From assembly GCA_020848255.1 (NCBI GenBank), contig JADLAJ010000089.1, positions 1-43,833 of the forward strand: 43,833 nt of DNA. Reading direction: 5' to 3'. The first letter of the stretch is position 1, and each line of letters starts with the position of its first letter. The translations under genes were made by a program, and so were the position numbers. Source of the DNA: Chitinophagales bacterium. Lineage in GTDB: Bacteria; Bacteroidota; Bacteroidia; Chitinophagales; JADIYW01. The notes under the pieces were generated by a model, which was given only the letters and a program-made list of their open reading frames with translations, was not told the DNA's origin and did not search any database. This document shows, in pieces, positions 7,364-16,089 of this stretch.

Positions 7364-7927
7364 ATGAGTGCATTAGGAACGATAACGACAAGCGACTACA
7401 TCCAGTTTGACAGAGCAACAGCCGTCGGCGAAAAACTATTAAAAGACGAAAAATTAAAAACATTAGGATTATACATAATTGTATCAATCAACAGCGGTTT
7501 AAGAATAAGTGATGTACTGGCATTAAAAGGAGAAAATCTAAAAGCCGACACAATTAAGTTGGTAGAAAAGAAAACTAACAAGCACCGAGAAATAAAAATC
7601 AATGATAATATTAAAAAAGCTATCCAAGTGTATGGAACACTAAATGATAGTTATTTATTCGTTAGTCAGAAAAACACGGTGTATTCTATTCAATCTGTAA
7701 ATAGATTACTAAAAAGCACTTTCAAGAAAGAAGCTAAGACTTTAAATATCTCAACTCACTCTATGCGTAAATCATTCGGTCGCAAAGTTTACGAAAGCTG
7801 TGGTGAAAGCGAGAAAGCTTTAAACTACCTGTCAGAATTATTCAATCATACTTCGTTATCTGTTACACGCCGATATTTAGGAATTAGACAAGAGGAATTA
7901 AATAATATCTATGATTGTATAGCTTAG
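7364..7927 (+). CDS. short tyrosine recombinase (catalytic domain only)
   Basis: Catalytic signature present: GLRISDVLALK (Arg), HSMRKSF (HxxR), NHTSLSVTRRYLG (His, Tyr). The ATG at 7364 is preferred over the tracked 7289 start, whose N-terminus is low-complexity. Confidence 0.75.
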   Translation: MSALGTITTSDYIQFDRATAVGEKLLKDEKLKTLGLYIIVSINSGLRISDVLALKGENLKADTIKLVEKKTNKHREIKINDNIKKAIQVYGTLNDSYLFVSQKNTVYSIQSVNRLLKSTFKKEAKTLNISTHSMRKSFGRKVYESCGESEKALNYLSELFNHTSLSVTRRYLGIRQEELNNIYDCIA

Positions 7928-7939
7928 TTTTAGATATAA

Positions 7940-10297
7940 TTAATAATTTACAGTTAAACCTGCGCCGAAACCCATGTCACTATCATAGTGAATTTTTGCA
8001 CCTAAGTGTTTATTAATGATGTATTTTAATCCTACCATATATTCAGCATCCGTATTAACCATAAAATCCATTCTTAAACGTTTGGTTAAAGGTATATCGG
8101 TTCTCATTAGTTGTATTCTTACATAACCATTGTGATATACTTCAGCCTGTAATTTAATTAACAACGGCATGGTATATTCCAAACCAACGGAAGCTAAAAT
8201 TCTATGGTCTTTTGAGTTCTTTTGCTGGAATAAATTCTTTTCTACTTCAGCCATTCCTAATTTTCGATAACGATAATCAAATCCGACAAACAGTTGTAGA
8301 AATTGCATTTTATCTACATACCTACCTATGTGTGTTTCGATTTCCCAACCATGCATTTTATGATAACCTAAACGCCACTCTGTTCCGATACTCCAACGTT
8401 TGTTTTGCAACATCATTTCACCATCATTACCATTACTTGCAAAATCATTCTCAAACATGAAATGAAATTTTCTATCATCGGCAAATAATTTTCGTTTTGC
8501 TAATTTCGGATTTGGAATTAATGGATTTGGTGCTTGATTTTCATATGTAAACACTCTACCCATTCCACTCATCATGTGATATAAAATATGACAATGAAAA
8601 AACCAATCGCCTTCAACATTAGCATTAAATTCTAAGGTGTCGGTTTCCATAGGCATGATGTCGATTATATTTTTTAGGGGTGCATATTCCCCTTGTCCGT
8701 TTAATACTCTAAAATCGTGACCATGTAAATGCATCGGATGTCGCATCATGGATGCATTATCTAATATCAATCTAATGTTTTCGCCTTTTTTAATTAATAT
8801 TTTATCAGATTCTGAAACTACTTTATTATTTAAACTCCACAGGTATCGATTCATATTGCCAGTCAATGTAAATTTTAATTCTTTAACTGGCGCATCAATT
8901 GGCAAAGTAGTTTTTACAGGTGATTTCAGCATGGCATAATTTAAGGTGACAATATCAGATAATGCATTACCATTATATCTATTTGCGTCATCACTTTCCA
9001 TATCTTGCATTGCGTTATCGCCATTTAGATTCATCTTTTTTGCTAATACTTTATCTTTTCTGTTTTTTGCATTACCAGTTATTTCAGGGTACATTACCAC
9101 ATTCATATCCATTTGATTCAAACTCATTTTCATGCCCATATCGTTTAATTTACCACTCATCTTCATCATGTCATTCATCATCTTCATTCCTTCAAAATAT
9201 TTTAGCTTTGGCAATGAATTATCTAACTGTTTAATTCCATTGCCAATAAATATTGATGTTGATTTTGTTCTGTCTTCAGGTGTAGCTAAGAACTCATAAG
9301 AAATACTATCATTAGGAATTGTTACTATAACATCATAGGTTTCAGAAACGGCAATAATAAGTCTATCAACTTCTACTGGTTCTACATCATTACCATCGTT
9401 TGCTACAACTGTAATTTTTCCACCTGCATACGTTAACCAAAAATAAGAAGATGCACCACCATTTGAGATTCGCAAACGCACCTTATCACCACCTTTAAAT
9501 TGTGATAACTGACTTTCATTTTTTCCATTGATTAAAAATTTATCATAATAAACATCACTTACATCCATTGCTAATTGACGTTTCCATTCGTTTTTTAATT
9601 TGGTTTTAAACTGACCTGCTTTGATGGCTTCTAAATAACTTTGTGTAGTACCTTTTTTTATTGCAAACCAATCAGAAGCATTATGTAACATGCGATGTAC
9701 ATTCTCAGGTTTATAATTTGTCCACTCACTTAGTACAATTGGAACAGTAGGCAAATCATCAATACCTTTTCTAAAAGTAGAATCATCTGTTCTTTTATTC
9801 ATGACAAAACTTCCATACATACCAATTTGCTCTTGCAAACCGCTATGGCTATGATACCAATGTGTACCATGCTGTATTATTGGAAAACGATAGATATGTG
9901 TAGTACCAGGTTTTATTGGCATTTGCGTAAGATTAGGAACTCCATCTTCTTTATTTGGTAAAAACAAACCGTGCCAATGCAATGAGGTTGATTCTTTCAA
10001 TTCATTATGTACATAAATTTCTGCCGTGTCGCCTTCTGTAAAAACAAGTGTAGGCATCGGTATTTGACCATTTACTGCAATTGCATGTTTGGGCTTACCT
10101 GTAAAATTCACAATAGTATCTCTTACATATAAATCGTAATGAACTAATTTTTGTGCAAATGAATTATAAGAAGTTGTTACTGTCACAAATAAAAGAACCG
10201 CTTTACAACATTCTTTTTCACGAATAAAAATTCCTTTAAAAATTCTTTTTAAAAGATTGAAAATCCATTTTAGTATTTTGATTATTTTCTCTTGCAT
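7940..10297 (-). CDS. multicopper oxidase fused to a C-terminal CopB-like outer-membrane domain
   Basis: All four MCO copper motifs are present (HWHG, HWYHSH, HPMHLHGH, HCHILYHMMSGM), with a signal-like N-terminus and a Met-rich segment at 9089..9187. The C-terminal ~180 aa (about 7943..8480) resemble copper resistance protein B and end in an aromatic residue (LTVNY). Confidence 0.8.
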   Translation of the reverse strand: MQEKIIKILKWIFNLLKRIFKGIFIREKECCKAVLLFVTVTTSYNSFAQKLVHYDLYVRDTIVNFTGKPKHAIAVNGQIPMPTLVFTEGDTAEIYVHNELKESTSLHWHGLFLPNKEDGVPNLTQMPIKPGTTHIYRFPIIQHGTHWYHSHSGLQEQIGMYGSFVMNKRTDDSTFRKGIDDLPTVPIVLSEWTNYKPENVHRMLHNASDWFAIKKGTTQSYLEAIKAGQFKTKLKNEWKRQLAMDVSDVYYDKFLINGKNESQLSQFKGGDKVRLRISNGGASSYFWLTYAGGKITVVANDGNDVEPVEVDRLIIAVSETYDVIVTIPNDSISYEFLATPEDRTKSTSIFIGNGIKQLDNSLPKLKYFEGMKMMNDMMKMSGKLNDMGMKMSLNQMDMNVVMYPEITGNAKNRKDKVLAKKMNLNGDNAMQDMESDDANRYNGNALSDIVTLNYAMLKSPVKTTLPIDAPVKELKFTLTGNMNRYLWSLNNKVVSESDKILIKKGENIRLILDNASMMRHPMHLHGHDFRVLNGQGEYAPLKNIIDIMPMETDTLEFNANVEGDWFFHCHILYHMMSGMGRVFTYENQAPNPLIPNPKLAKRKLFADDRKFHFMFENDFASNGNDGEMMLQNKRWSIGTEWRLGYHKMHGWEIETHIGRYVDKMQFLQLFVGFDYRYRKLGMAEVEKNLFQQKNSKDHRILASVGLEYTMPLLIKLQAEVYHNGYVRIQLMRTDIPLTKRLRMDFMVNTDAEYMVGLKYIINKHLGAKIHYDSDMGFGAGLTVNY

Positions 10298-10301
10298 ACT
10301 A

Positions 10302-12842
10302 TTACAGTTTTATACTTCTTAATCTTAATGAATTTACTATTACTGAAACCGAACTGAAACTCATAGCAGCAGCAGCAATCATAGGTGATAATAATATTCC
10401 GAATACAGGATATAAAACACCTGCTGCAACAGGAATACCTAATACATTATAGAAGAATGCGAAAAATAAATTTTGTTTGATATTTCTCATTACTGAATGA
10501 CTTAAATTTTTAGCTTTTACAATTCCTTGTAAGTCGCCTTTAAGTAAAGTTATTTCAGAACTTTCGATAGCAACATCCGTTCCTGTACCCATTGCAATGC
10601 CAATATCTGCTTGTGCTAATGCAGGTGCATCATTTATACCATCACCAGCCATTGCAACAATTTTGCCTTCTGCTTGTAATCGTTTAATTTCATTCAATTT
10701 ATCTTGAGGTAAACATTCCGCTTTAAAGTTGGTTAGATGCAATTCATCTGCTACCGATTTTGCTGTATTATGATTATCACCAGTCAACATGATAACTTCA
10801 ACGCCTTGTTCCATTAATATTTTTATAGCATTCTTACTCGTTGTTTTAATAGCATCTGTAATTGTTACATATCCTTGTATAATTCCATCAACAGAAATAT
10901 AAGAAACTGTCTTACCCAATATCTGTTCATTTGTAATTTGCTTTTCAATATCAGATGAAATAACGGCTTGTGCTTGTTCCATTAGCTTTTTATTACCTAA
11001 AGCTATTTTCTTATCTGAAATTGTACCTATAACACCTTTACCTGCAACGGCTTCAAAATCCTTAACATCAACAACAGCTATGGCTTTTAATTTTGCGTAT
11101 TTTACTACAGCTTCTGCTAACGGATGTTCACTATATTGATTTAATGATGCGATGTATTTTAGTAGTTCATTTTCATCGAATGTATCAAATGCTACTATTT
11201 TTTCAACGGATGGTTTTCCTTCTGTTATCGTTCCTGTTTTATCCGTAATCAATACATTAATTTTATTCATGTTTTCTAATGCTTCTGCATTTTTTATGAG
11301 TACACCATTTTGCGCACCTTTACCGACACCAACCATTATTGACATTGGCGTTGCTAATCCTAATGCACACGGACAAGCTATAATTAAAACAGCGATAGCA
11401 TTAACAAAAGCAAAAACATAAGCCGATTCAGTACCAAATATTGCCCAAACAACAAATGTAATTATTGAGATTACCAAAACAATAGGAACAAAGTATTTAG
11501 AAATTCTATCGGCTAATTTTTGAATAGGTGCTTTAGAGCGACTGGCATTGTTTACCATTTGAATAATTTGTGCAAGTAATGTTTCCGCTCCGATTTTTTC
11601 TGCCATCATTACAAATGATTTTGTACCGTTAATCGTTCCTGTACTTACTTTATCATCTTTCTTCTTATCAACTGGAATTGGTTCACCTGTAATCATTGAT
11701 TCATCAACGTTACTGCTTCCATCTGTTATAATTCCATCAACAGGAATTTTTTCGCCAGGTTTTACACGCAATAAATCACCTTTTTTAATATCATCAATAG
11801 CAATGATTTTATCTTTACCATCAATCACTAATGTAGCTTCTGTCGGTGCTAATTTTAATAGTTCTTTAATTGCTCCATTGGTTTGACTATGCGCTCTTGC
11901 TTCTAATAATTGCCCTAATAAAACTAATGTAAGAATAACCGTTACGGCTTCAAAATATACAAAGACTGTTCCGTTATGACTTTTAAATTGGTCAGGAAAA
12001 ACATTAGGGAAAAGCATAGCAATTACACTAAAAATAAATGCAGCACCTGCGCCAATACCTATTAATGTAAACATATTCAAATTCATGGTTCTAATAGAAG
12101 TCCACGCCCTTTGAAAGAACATCCAACATGCATAAAAAATAACAGGTATGGACAAACCAAATTGTAACCAGTTCCACGCTATTTGTGGCATTAAAGATGT
12201 TAGGTGTAAATTTGGTATCATTTCAAGCATTGCAATTAAAAATACTGGAACTGTAAAAGCGGTTGAGATTATCATTTTCTTTGATAATTCTTTATATGTG
12301 TTATCTTCTTCTCTAACTGCTGTTACTATAGGAATTAAATCCATACCACAAATAGGACAAGCACCTGCAACATCTCTAATAATTTCAGGATGCATCGGAC
12401 ATGTGTATTGAGTTTTTTGTATAGTAAGTTCAGGAACTTTTTCTAAATTCATTCCGCATACAGGACAATTACCTGCTTTGTCGTACATTTTATCTCCTTC
12501 ACAATGCATCGGACAATAATATTTCCCACTACTGTTTTTAGCAAACGGTTTTACTTCTGAATCTTGTTTGTTATGTGTTGAACAACACGATTTTGTTTCA
12601 ATGCTACTTTCTTTATTGTCAGCTATATTCTGACTATCGGACATTTGTATTGTATAATTACCAGCAGCAGTTAAAGCCGTTTGCAGTTGTTCAATGGGAA
12701 TATGCTTTTCCATAGTAATAGTTGCAATTGGCGGTTCTAATGTAACAACAGCAGAAATGCCAACAATATCATTCAATGTTTTTTCAACTTTTGAACGGCA
12801 TCCATTACAAGTCATTCCTGTGATTATATATGTGTGTGTCAT
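10302..12842 (-). CDS. copA: copper-translocating P1B-1-type ATPase
   Basis: Contains an HMA domain (GMTCNGC), two YxCPMH...CPxCGM modules, CPC in TM6, DKTGT, YN in TM7 (FFYNVLGIP), MSFSS in TM8 and GDGINDAP. Confidence 0.9.
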   Translation of the reverse strand: MTHTYIITGMTCNGCRSKVEKTLNDIVGISAVVTLEPPIATITMEKHIPIEQLQTALTAAGNYTIQMSDSQNIADNKESSIETKSCCSTHNKQDSEVKPFAKNSSGKYYCPMHCEGDKMYDKAGNCPVCGMNLEKVPELTIQKTQYTCPMHPEIIRDVAGACPICGMDLIPIVTAVREEDNTYKELSKKMIISTAFTVPVFLIAMLEMIPNLHLTSLMPQIAWNWLQFGLSIPVIFYACWMFFQRAWTSIRTMNLNMFTLIGIGAGAAFIFSVIAMLFPNVFPDQFKSHNGTVFVYFEAVTVILTLVLLGQLLEARAHSQTNGAIKELLKLAPTEATLVIDGKDKIIAIDDIKKGDLLRVKPGEKIPVDGIITDGSSNVDESMITGEPIPVDKKKDDKVSTGTINGTKSFVMMAEKIGAETLLAQIIQMVNNASRSKAPIQKLADRISKYFVPIVLVISIITFVVWAIFGTESAYVFAFVNAIAVLIIACPCALGLATPMSIMVGVGKGAQNGVLIKNAEALENMNKINVLITDKTGTITEGKPSVEKIVAFDTFDENELLKYIASLNQYSEHPLAEAVVKYAKLKAIAVVDVKDFEAVAGKGVIGTISDKKIALGNKKLMEQAQAVISSDIEKQITNEQILGKTVSYISVDGIIQGYVTITDAIKTTSKNAIKILMEQGVEVIMLTGDNHNTAKSVADELHLTNFKAECLPQDKLNEIKRLQAEGKIVAMAGDGINDAPALAQADIGIAMGTGTDVAIESSEITLLKGDLQGIVKAKNLSHSVMRNIKQNLFFAFFYNVLGIPVAAGVLYPVFGILLSPMIAAAAMSFSSVSVIVNSLRLRSIKL

Positions 12843-12847
12843 TGTAT

Positions 12848-13312
12848 TTAATTTAATGATGAAAGACTGTCTTTTGTTTTATTTGACCAGTCTATAATTA
12901 ATGCTTTATCTTTTGTTGTTAGAATTGCATCTTTATGTATTACGGTATAAGAAGACAAAGGCATTTTATCATCTTTGATTTGGCTGATAATTGACCTTAG
13001 TTTACTCATTTGTCTGCGCCGTGAATATGAACCAAAATCACTAAAATTAAGTTTATCTTTTCCATTCTTAATATGATTATTCAGCATCCATCCAACAGGT
13101 TCTATATTGACGTAAAAAGGATAGTTAGTGTTATTGCTATGACAATCATAACAAGACATTTTTAATGCATTTAAAACGCTGTCTGGTACATTTAACGTCT
13201 TTATTATATCTGTTGATAATACCTGTCCGCTTTCGTTGCGAACAGGTCTGATAAATTGAATGCCAATAAATACAATTAGCAACACTAACAATATCTTTTT
13301 TATGATGTGCAT
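12848..13312 (-). CDS. heme-binding-domain protein (Haem_bd-like)
   Basis: [40 protein letters not shown] is typical of this family. The start is chosen at [10 protein letters not shown] (TM anchor), which avoids overlap with the upstream gene ending at 13318. Confidence 0.65.
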   Translation of the reverse strand: MHIIKKILLVLLIVFIGIQFIRPVRNESGQVLSTDIIKTLNVPDSVLNALKMSCYDCHSNNTNYPFYVNIEPVGWMLNNHIKNGKDKLNFSDFGSYSRRRQMSKLRSIISQIKDDKMPLSSYTVIHKDAILTTKDKALIIDWSNKTKDSLSSLN

Positions 13313-13317
13313 AAAAG

Positions 13318-14004
13318 TTATTTTAATTCCTCTTTCATCGAACCACAAGATGACATTGATTTGCCATAATATGGATTTTTTATTTCCTTCGCTTCGCTTA
13401 ACCATATTGCACCTTTATTGTCATTATACATTGGACAAAAATCTTTATATAAGGTTTGACCTGCACCAAATGCTTTTACTAAATCATACATATCTTTGCT
13501 CAATAAATCAAAGTGTTCTCTTTGATGTTCAATTTTTCCTGCATTTGTTCCGATATGTTCGGCATGTTCTATTGCATCGGTTTGAATATCTTCAAAGGTT
13601 GTCTTTTGTTCTGCTGTTAATGCCGACTTATCGAAATTTTTTAAAGCTGTTTCTAATGCTTTGCCAGCTGTTGCTGCATCATTCGTATTGTCTTTAGTAA
13701 GAGCATTTTTTAATTGCAAATAGTTGCTTACAATTTCTTTTATAGAAACCGTTGCAGTAGCTTCTGTAGTTGCTTGTACAGTAGTTGCTTGTACCGTTTC
13801 ACTTTTTACAGGTTCTGTTAATTCCATGCCACATTCAGAGCATTTATCACCTTTTTTTCCTGTAATATCAGGATGCATAGAACATGCATACAATTGGTCT
13901 GATTGTTCTGTTGATGTTGTTTCCGTTTCTGATGTTTGCTTAGTGTTACAAGCTGTAAATGCAATAACAATTGCAAGCATAATAAAGATTGTTGTTGTTT
14001 TCAT
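13318..14004 (-). CDS. lipoprotein with HMBD module and DUF3347-like C-terminal domain
   Basis: Lipobox IAFTAC; YACSMHPDITGKKGDKCSECGMEL; C-terminal CPMYNDNKGAIWLSEAKEIKNPYYGKSMSSCGS. Start chosen at the internal MKTTTIF. Confidence 0.7.
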   Translation of the reverse strand: MKTTTIFIMLAIVIAFTACNTKQTSETETTSTEQSDQLYACSMHPDITGKKGDKCSECGMELTEPVKSETVQATTVQATTEATATVSIKEIVSNYLQLKNALTKDNTNDAATAGKALETALKNFDKSALTAEQKTTFEDIQTDAIEHAEHIGTNAGKIEHQREHFDLLSKDMYDLVKAFGAGQTLYKDFCPMYNDNKGAIWLSEAKEIKNPYYGKSMSSCGSMKEELK

Positions 14005-14020
14005 TTTTTTTGATTTTAGA

Positions 14021-14947
14021 TTATTTAATGGTTTCTTTAATACTTCCACAAGTCAACATTGACTTACCATAATATGGATTTTTTATAGCTGATTCCTTGC
14101 TTAACCAATACGCACCTTTATTATACATCGGACAATAATCAACATAGATAGTGCCATCATCTTTAATTTTTAATCCTTTTACAGTTAACCATAAATTAGA
14201 AGATAATGAAGAAAAAGCAGTACGTTGTTTTGCTAAGTTTTTAGCGGTGCTTATTTGTGCTGCGTCTGTTTTTAATTTGTCGAAATATTTCATCCATACG
14301 GTGTGTTCTGCTGCTGACATAGCTTCCATTTTTACTGCATTTATTTCTGTTAAAAGTGCTGCGGCACTCTTGCTGGCTGATGCTGCATTATCTGCAATAA
14401 GCGCATTTTTTAGTGCAAAATATTGTGTAAGTAATGAAGTAAAATCTGTTTTATCATTCACTGATTCCGTTTTAGCTGGAGCAGGCATTTCAGGTTTCGT
14501 AACAGCTTGTACAGTATCTTTTGTATCAACTGTCACAGGCATATCATCCATTTTTTCCTGTGCTGTTGTTTGTACATTAGGCACTATATCGGAATTTTTA
14601 CTAACGAACTTTCTATTGTATTGACAACAAGTGTGTAAGTTGTTGTAAACTTCATCAGCGGCAAGGTATTTATCATTATCGTAACCAACATTAGCTATTC
14701 GTTTAAGAATTTCATCGGAATTTGTTTTTGTGGAATCGTAAGTAAGGATAAGCATTTGCGTTTTGCTATTCCAAATACCTAATGCATCTTTGTTTTGCTT
14801 AACGGTAGTCTCAATTGTTTTTTTACACATACTGCAATTGCCATACACTTTATATGATTCTGTTTTTGGGTTTTTGATTTTTGCATAACTGCTTACATTA
14901 AACAGCGCAATGCTTATCGTTAATAATATTAATTTTATTGTATTCAT
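14021..14947 (-). CDS. secreted HMA-like plus DUF3347-like protein
   Basis: Signal peptide; YKVYGNCSMCKKTIETTV (HMA-like CxxC); C-terminal CPMYNKGAYWLSKESAIKNPYYGKSMLTCGS, paralogous to the downstream gene. Confidence 0.7.
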   Translation of the reverse strand: MNTIKLILLTISIALFNVSSYAKIKNPKTESYKVYGNCSMCKKTIETTVKQNKDALGIWNSKTQMLILTYDSTKTNSDEILKRIANVGYDNDKYLAADEVYNNLHTCCQYNRKFVSKNSDIVPNVQTTAQEKMDDMPVTVDTKDTVQAVTKPEMPAPAKTESVNDKTDFTSLLTQYFALKNALIADNAASASKSAAALLTEINAVKMEAMSAAEHTVWMKYFDKLKTDAAQISTAKNLAKQRTAFSSLSSNLWLTVKGLKIKDDGTIYVDYCPMYNKGAYWLSKESAIKNPYYGKSMLTCGSIKETIK

Positions 14948-14974
14948 TTTAGAAATTTTTAATTTACAATATGA

Positions 14975-15487
14975 TTAAAGTGACCCTTTACGGATAATCT
15001 TTGAAGGTTGGTATGTTGTAACTTTTTTAGCGGAAAGTGCCATACCGCACTTTGTGCATTTTCCTGCATCTTTTTCTAACTCAGATGGATGCATAGCGCA
15101 TTCATACTTATTTTCAGAACTGCCAATATTTTTAAATGTTGCGGTAATTAACAACAAATTTGTACCGTTTTTAAAACGTAAAGTGGCAACAATTTGCTTG
15201 AAGTCTGAAATCTCATTATTAATTACAAAAGCAGATTCACCAAATGTCTTCAATAACACTTCTTGTTTATTTCCATCTGTCTCTTTTATTTTAGCTGATG
15301 CTGTCACATCCTTATTAGAATATGGTGAGTTTTTTTCATCTGTAATAAACAGGTAGAACTTTCCGTCCATTCTCATTAACTGTGCTTTTAGCACTAAATC
15401 TGATTTAATAGCTGTTTGAGCATTTATTGTAATTGTACTTGCTATTAATAGTATAACAGCAAATAACATCTTTGATATTGTTTTCAT
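14975..15487 (-). CDS. secreted HMBD-containing protein
   Basis: Signal peptide MKTISKMLFAVILLIASTITINAQ and C-terminal YECAMHPSELEKDAGKCTKCGMAL. Internal start preferred over the tracked 15577. Confidence 0.6.
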   Translation of the reverse strand: MKTISKMLFAVILLIASTITINAQTAIKSDLVLKAQLMRMDGKFYLFITDEKNSPYSNKDVTASAKIKETDGNKQEVLLKTFGESAFVINNEISDFKQIVATLRFKNGTNLLLITATFKNIGSSENKYECAMHPSELEKDAGKCTKCGMALSAKKVTTYQPSKIIRKGSL

Positions 15488-15580
15488 TTTAAAGAATTTA
15501 ATAGTTGAATAAATAATAGAATTAAAAGTTTCATTTATCGAAACTTCATTGATTTCCTGAGTGGAAATTATAATCAACTA

Positions 15581-16015
15581 CTAACAACGGAAAATCTGCA
15601 ACTCAACAGGAGTTGGTCGCAATAAATATTTTATGGTGTATAGATTATCAGGTGGTGGAATACCTGTAATGTATCTATCATAATTAATTTGATGATTGAA
15701 TGAGTATGAGCTTATCCAATAATCGTTTAATACTAATTTCTCAAAAGGTTTTAATTCTATTTGATTTGCTGTAAATCCTTCAATTGGTAATTTTTTGAAA
15801 AACTGTTTATGTTCACAGCAACCATTTCTATTAATTACTTTCTTAGCACAACAAGATGAAACTTGTTTTTCCATGTCACAGGCAGCCGTAGTAAATAAAG
15901 ATAAATCACGTGTTTTTGATGAATTACAAATATGCTCTGATAAAACGATACCGTTACTTGCTATAAAAACAAGTAATGCCATAAATAATGCGGGTATGTT
16001 CGTTTTGTACTTCAC
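15581..16015 (-). CDS. HYC_CC_PP-like small Cys-rich protein
   Basis: TM/signal N-terminus followed by EHIC, SCCAKK, GCCEHK and GIPPPD motifs in the order described for the HYC_CC_PP family (recalled from memory). Confidence 0.5.
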   Translation of the reverse strand: MKYKTNIPALFMALLVFIASNGIVLSEHICNSSKTRDLSLFTTAACDMEKQVSSCCAKKVINRNGCCEHKQFFKKLPIEGFTANQIELKPFEKLVLNDYWISSYSFNHQINYDRYITGIPPPDNLYTIKYLLRPTPVELQIFRC

Positions 16016-16089
16016 CTAAGATTACAAAGTTAGACCTTAATTTAATCATTTGCAACACCAAATAGTTTATATACTGTTAAAATCATGTT

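Noticed and set aside
7195-7410. ORF 7195..7410 and the 7289 N-terminal extension of the short recombinase
   Set aside because: The translations are Cys/Ile/Tyr-rich AT-driven noise. The recombinase similarity only begins after the ATG at 7364.
12848-13405. Longer tracked starts for several metal-cluster ORFs (13405, 14049, 15577, 18096, 24922) and for flank genes (34856, 37041)
   Set aside because: Internal ATGs give canonical signal peptides or Rossmann N-termini and remove overlaps with the upstream gene. The extensions translate to non-conserved sequence.
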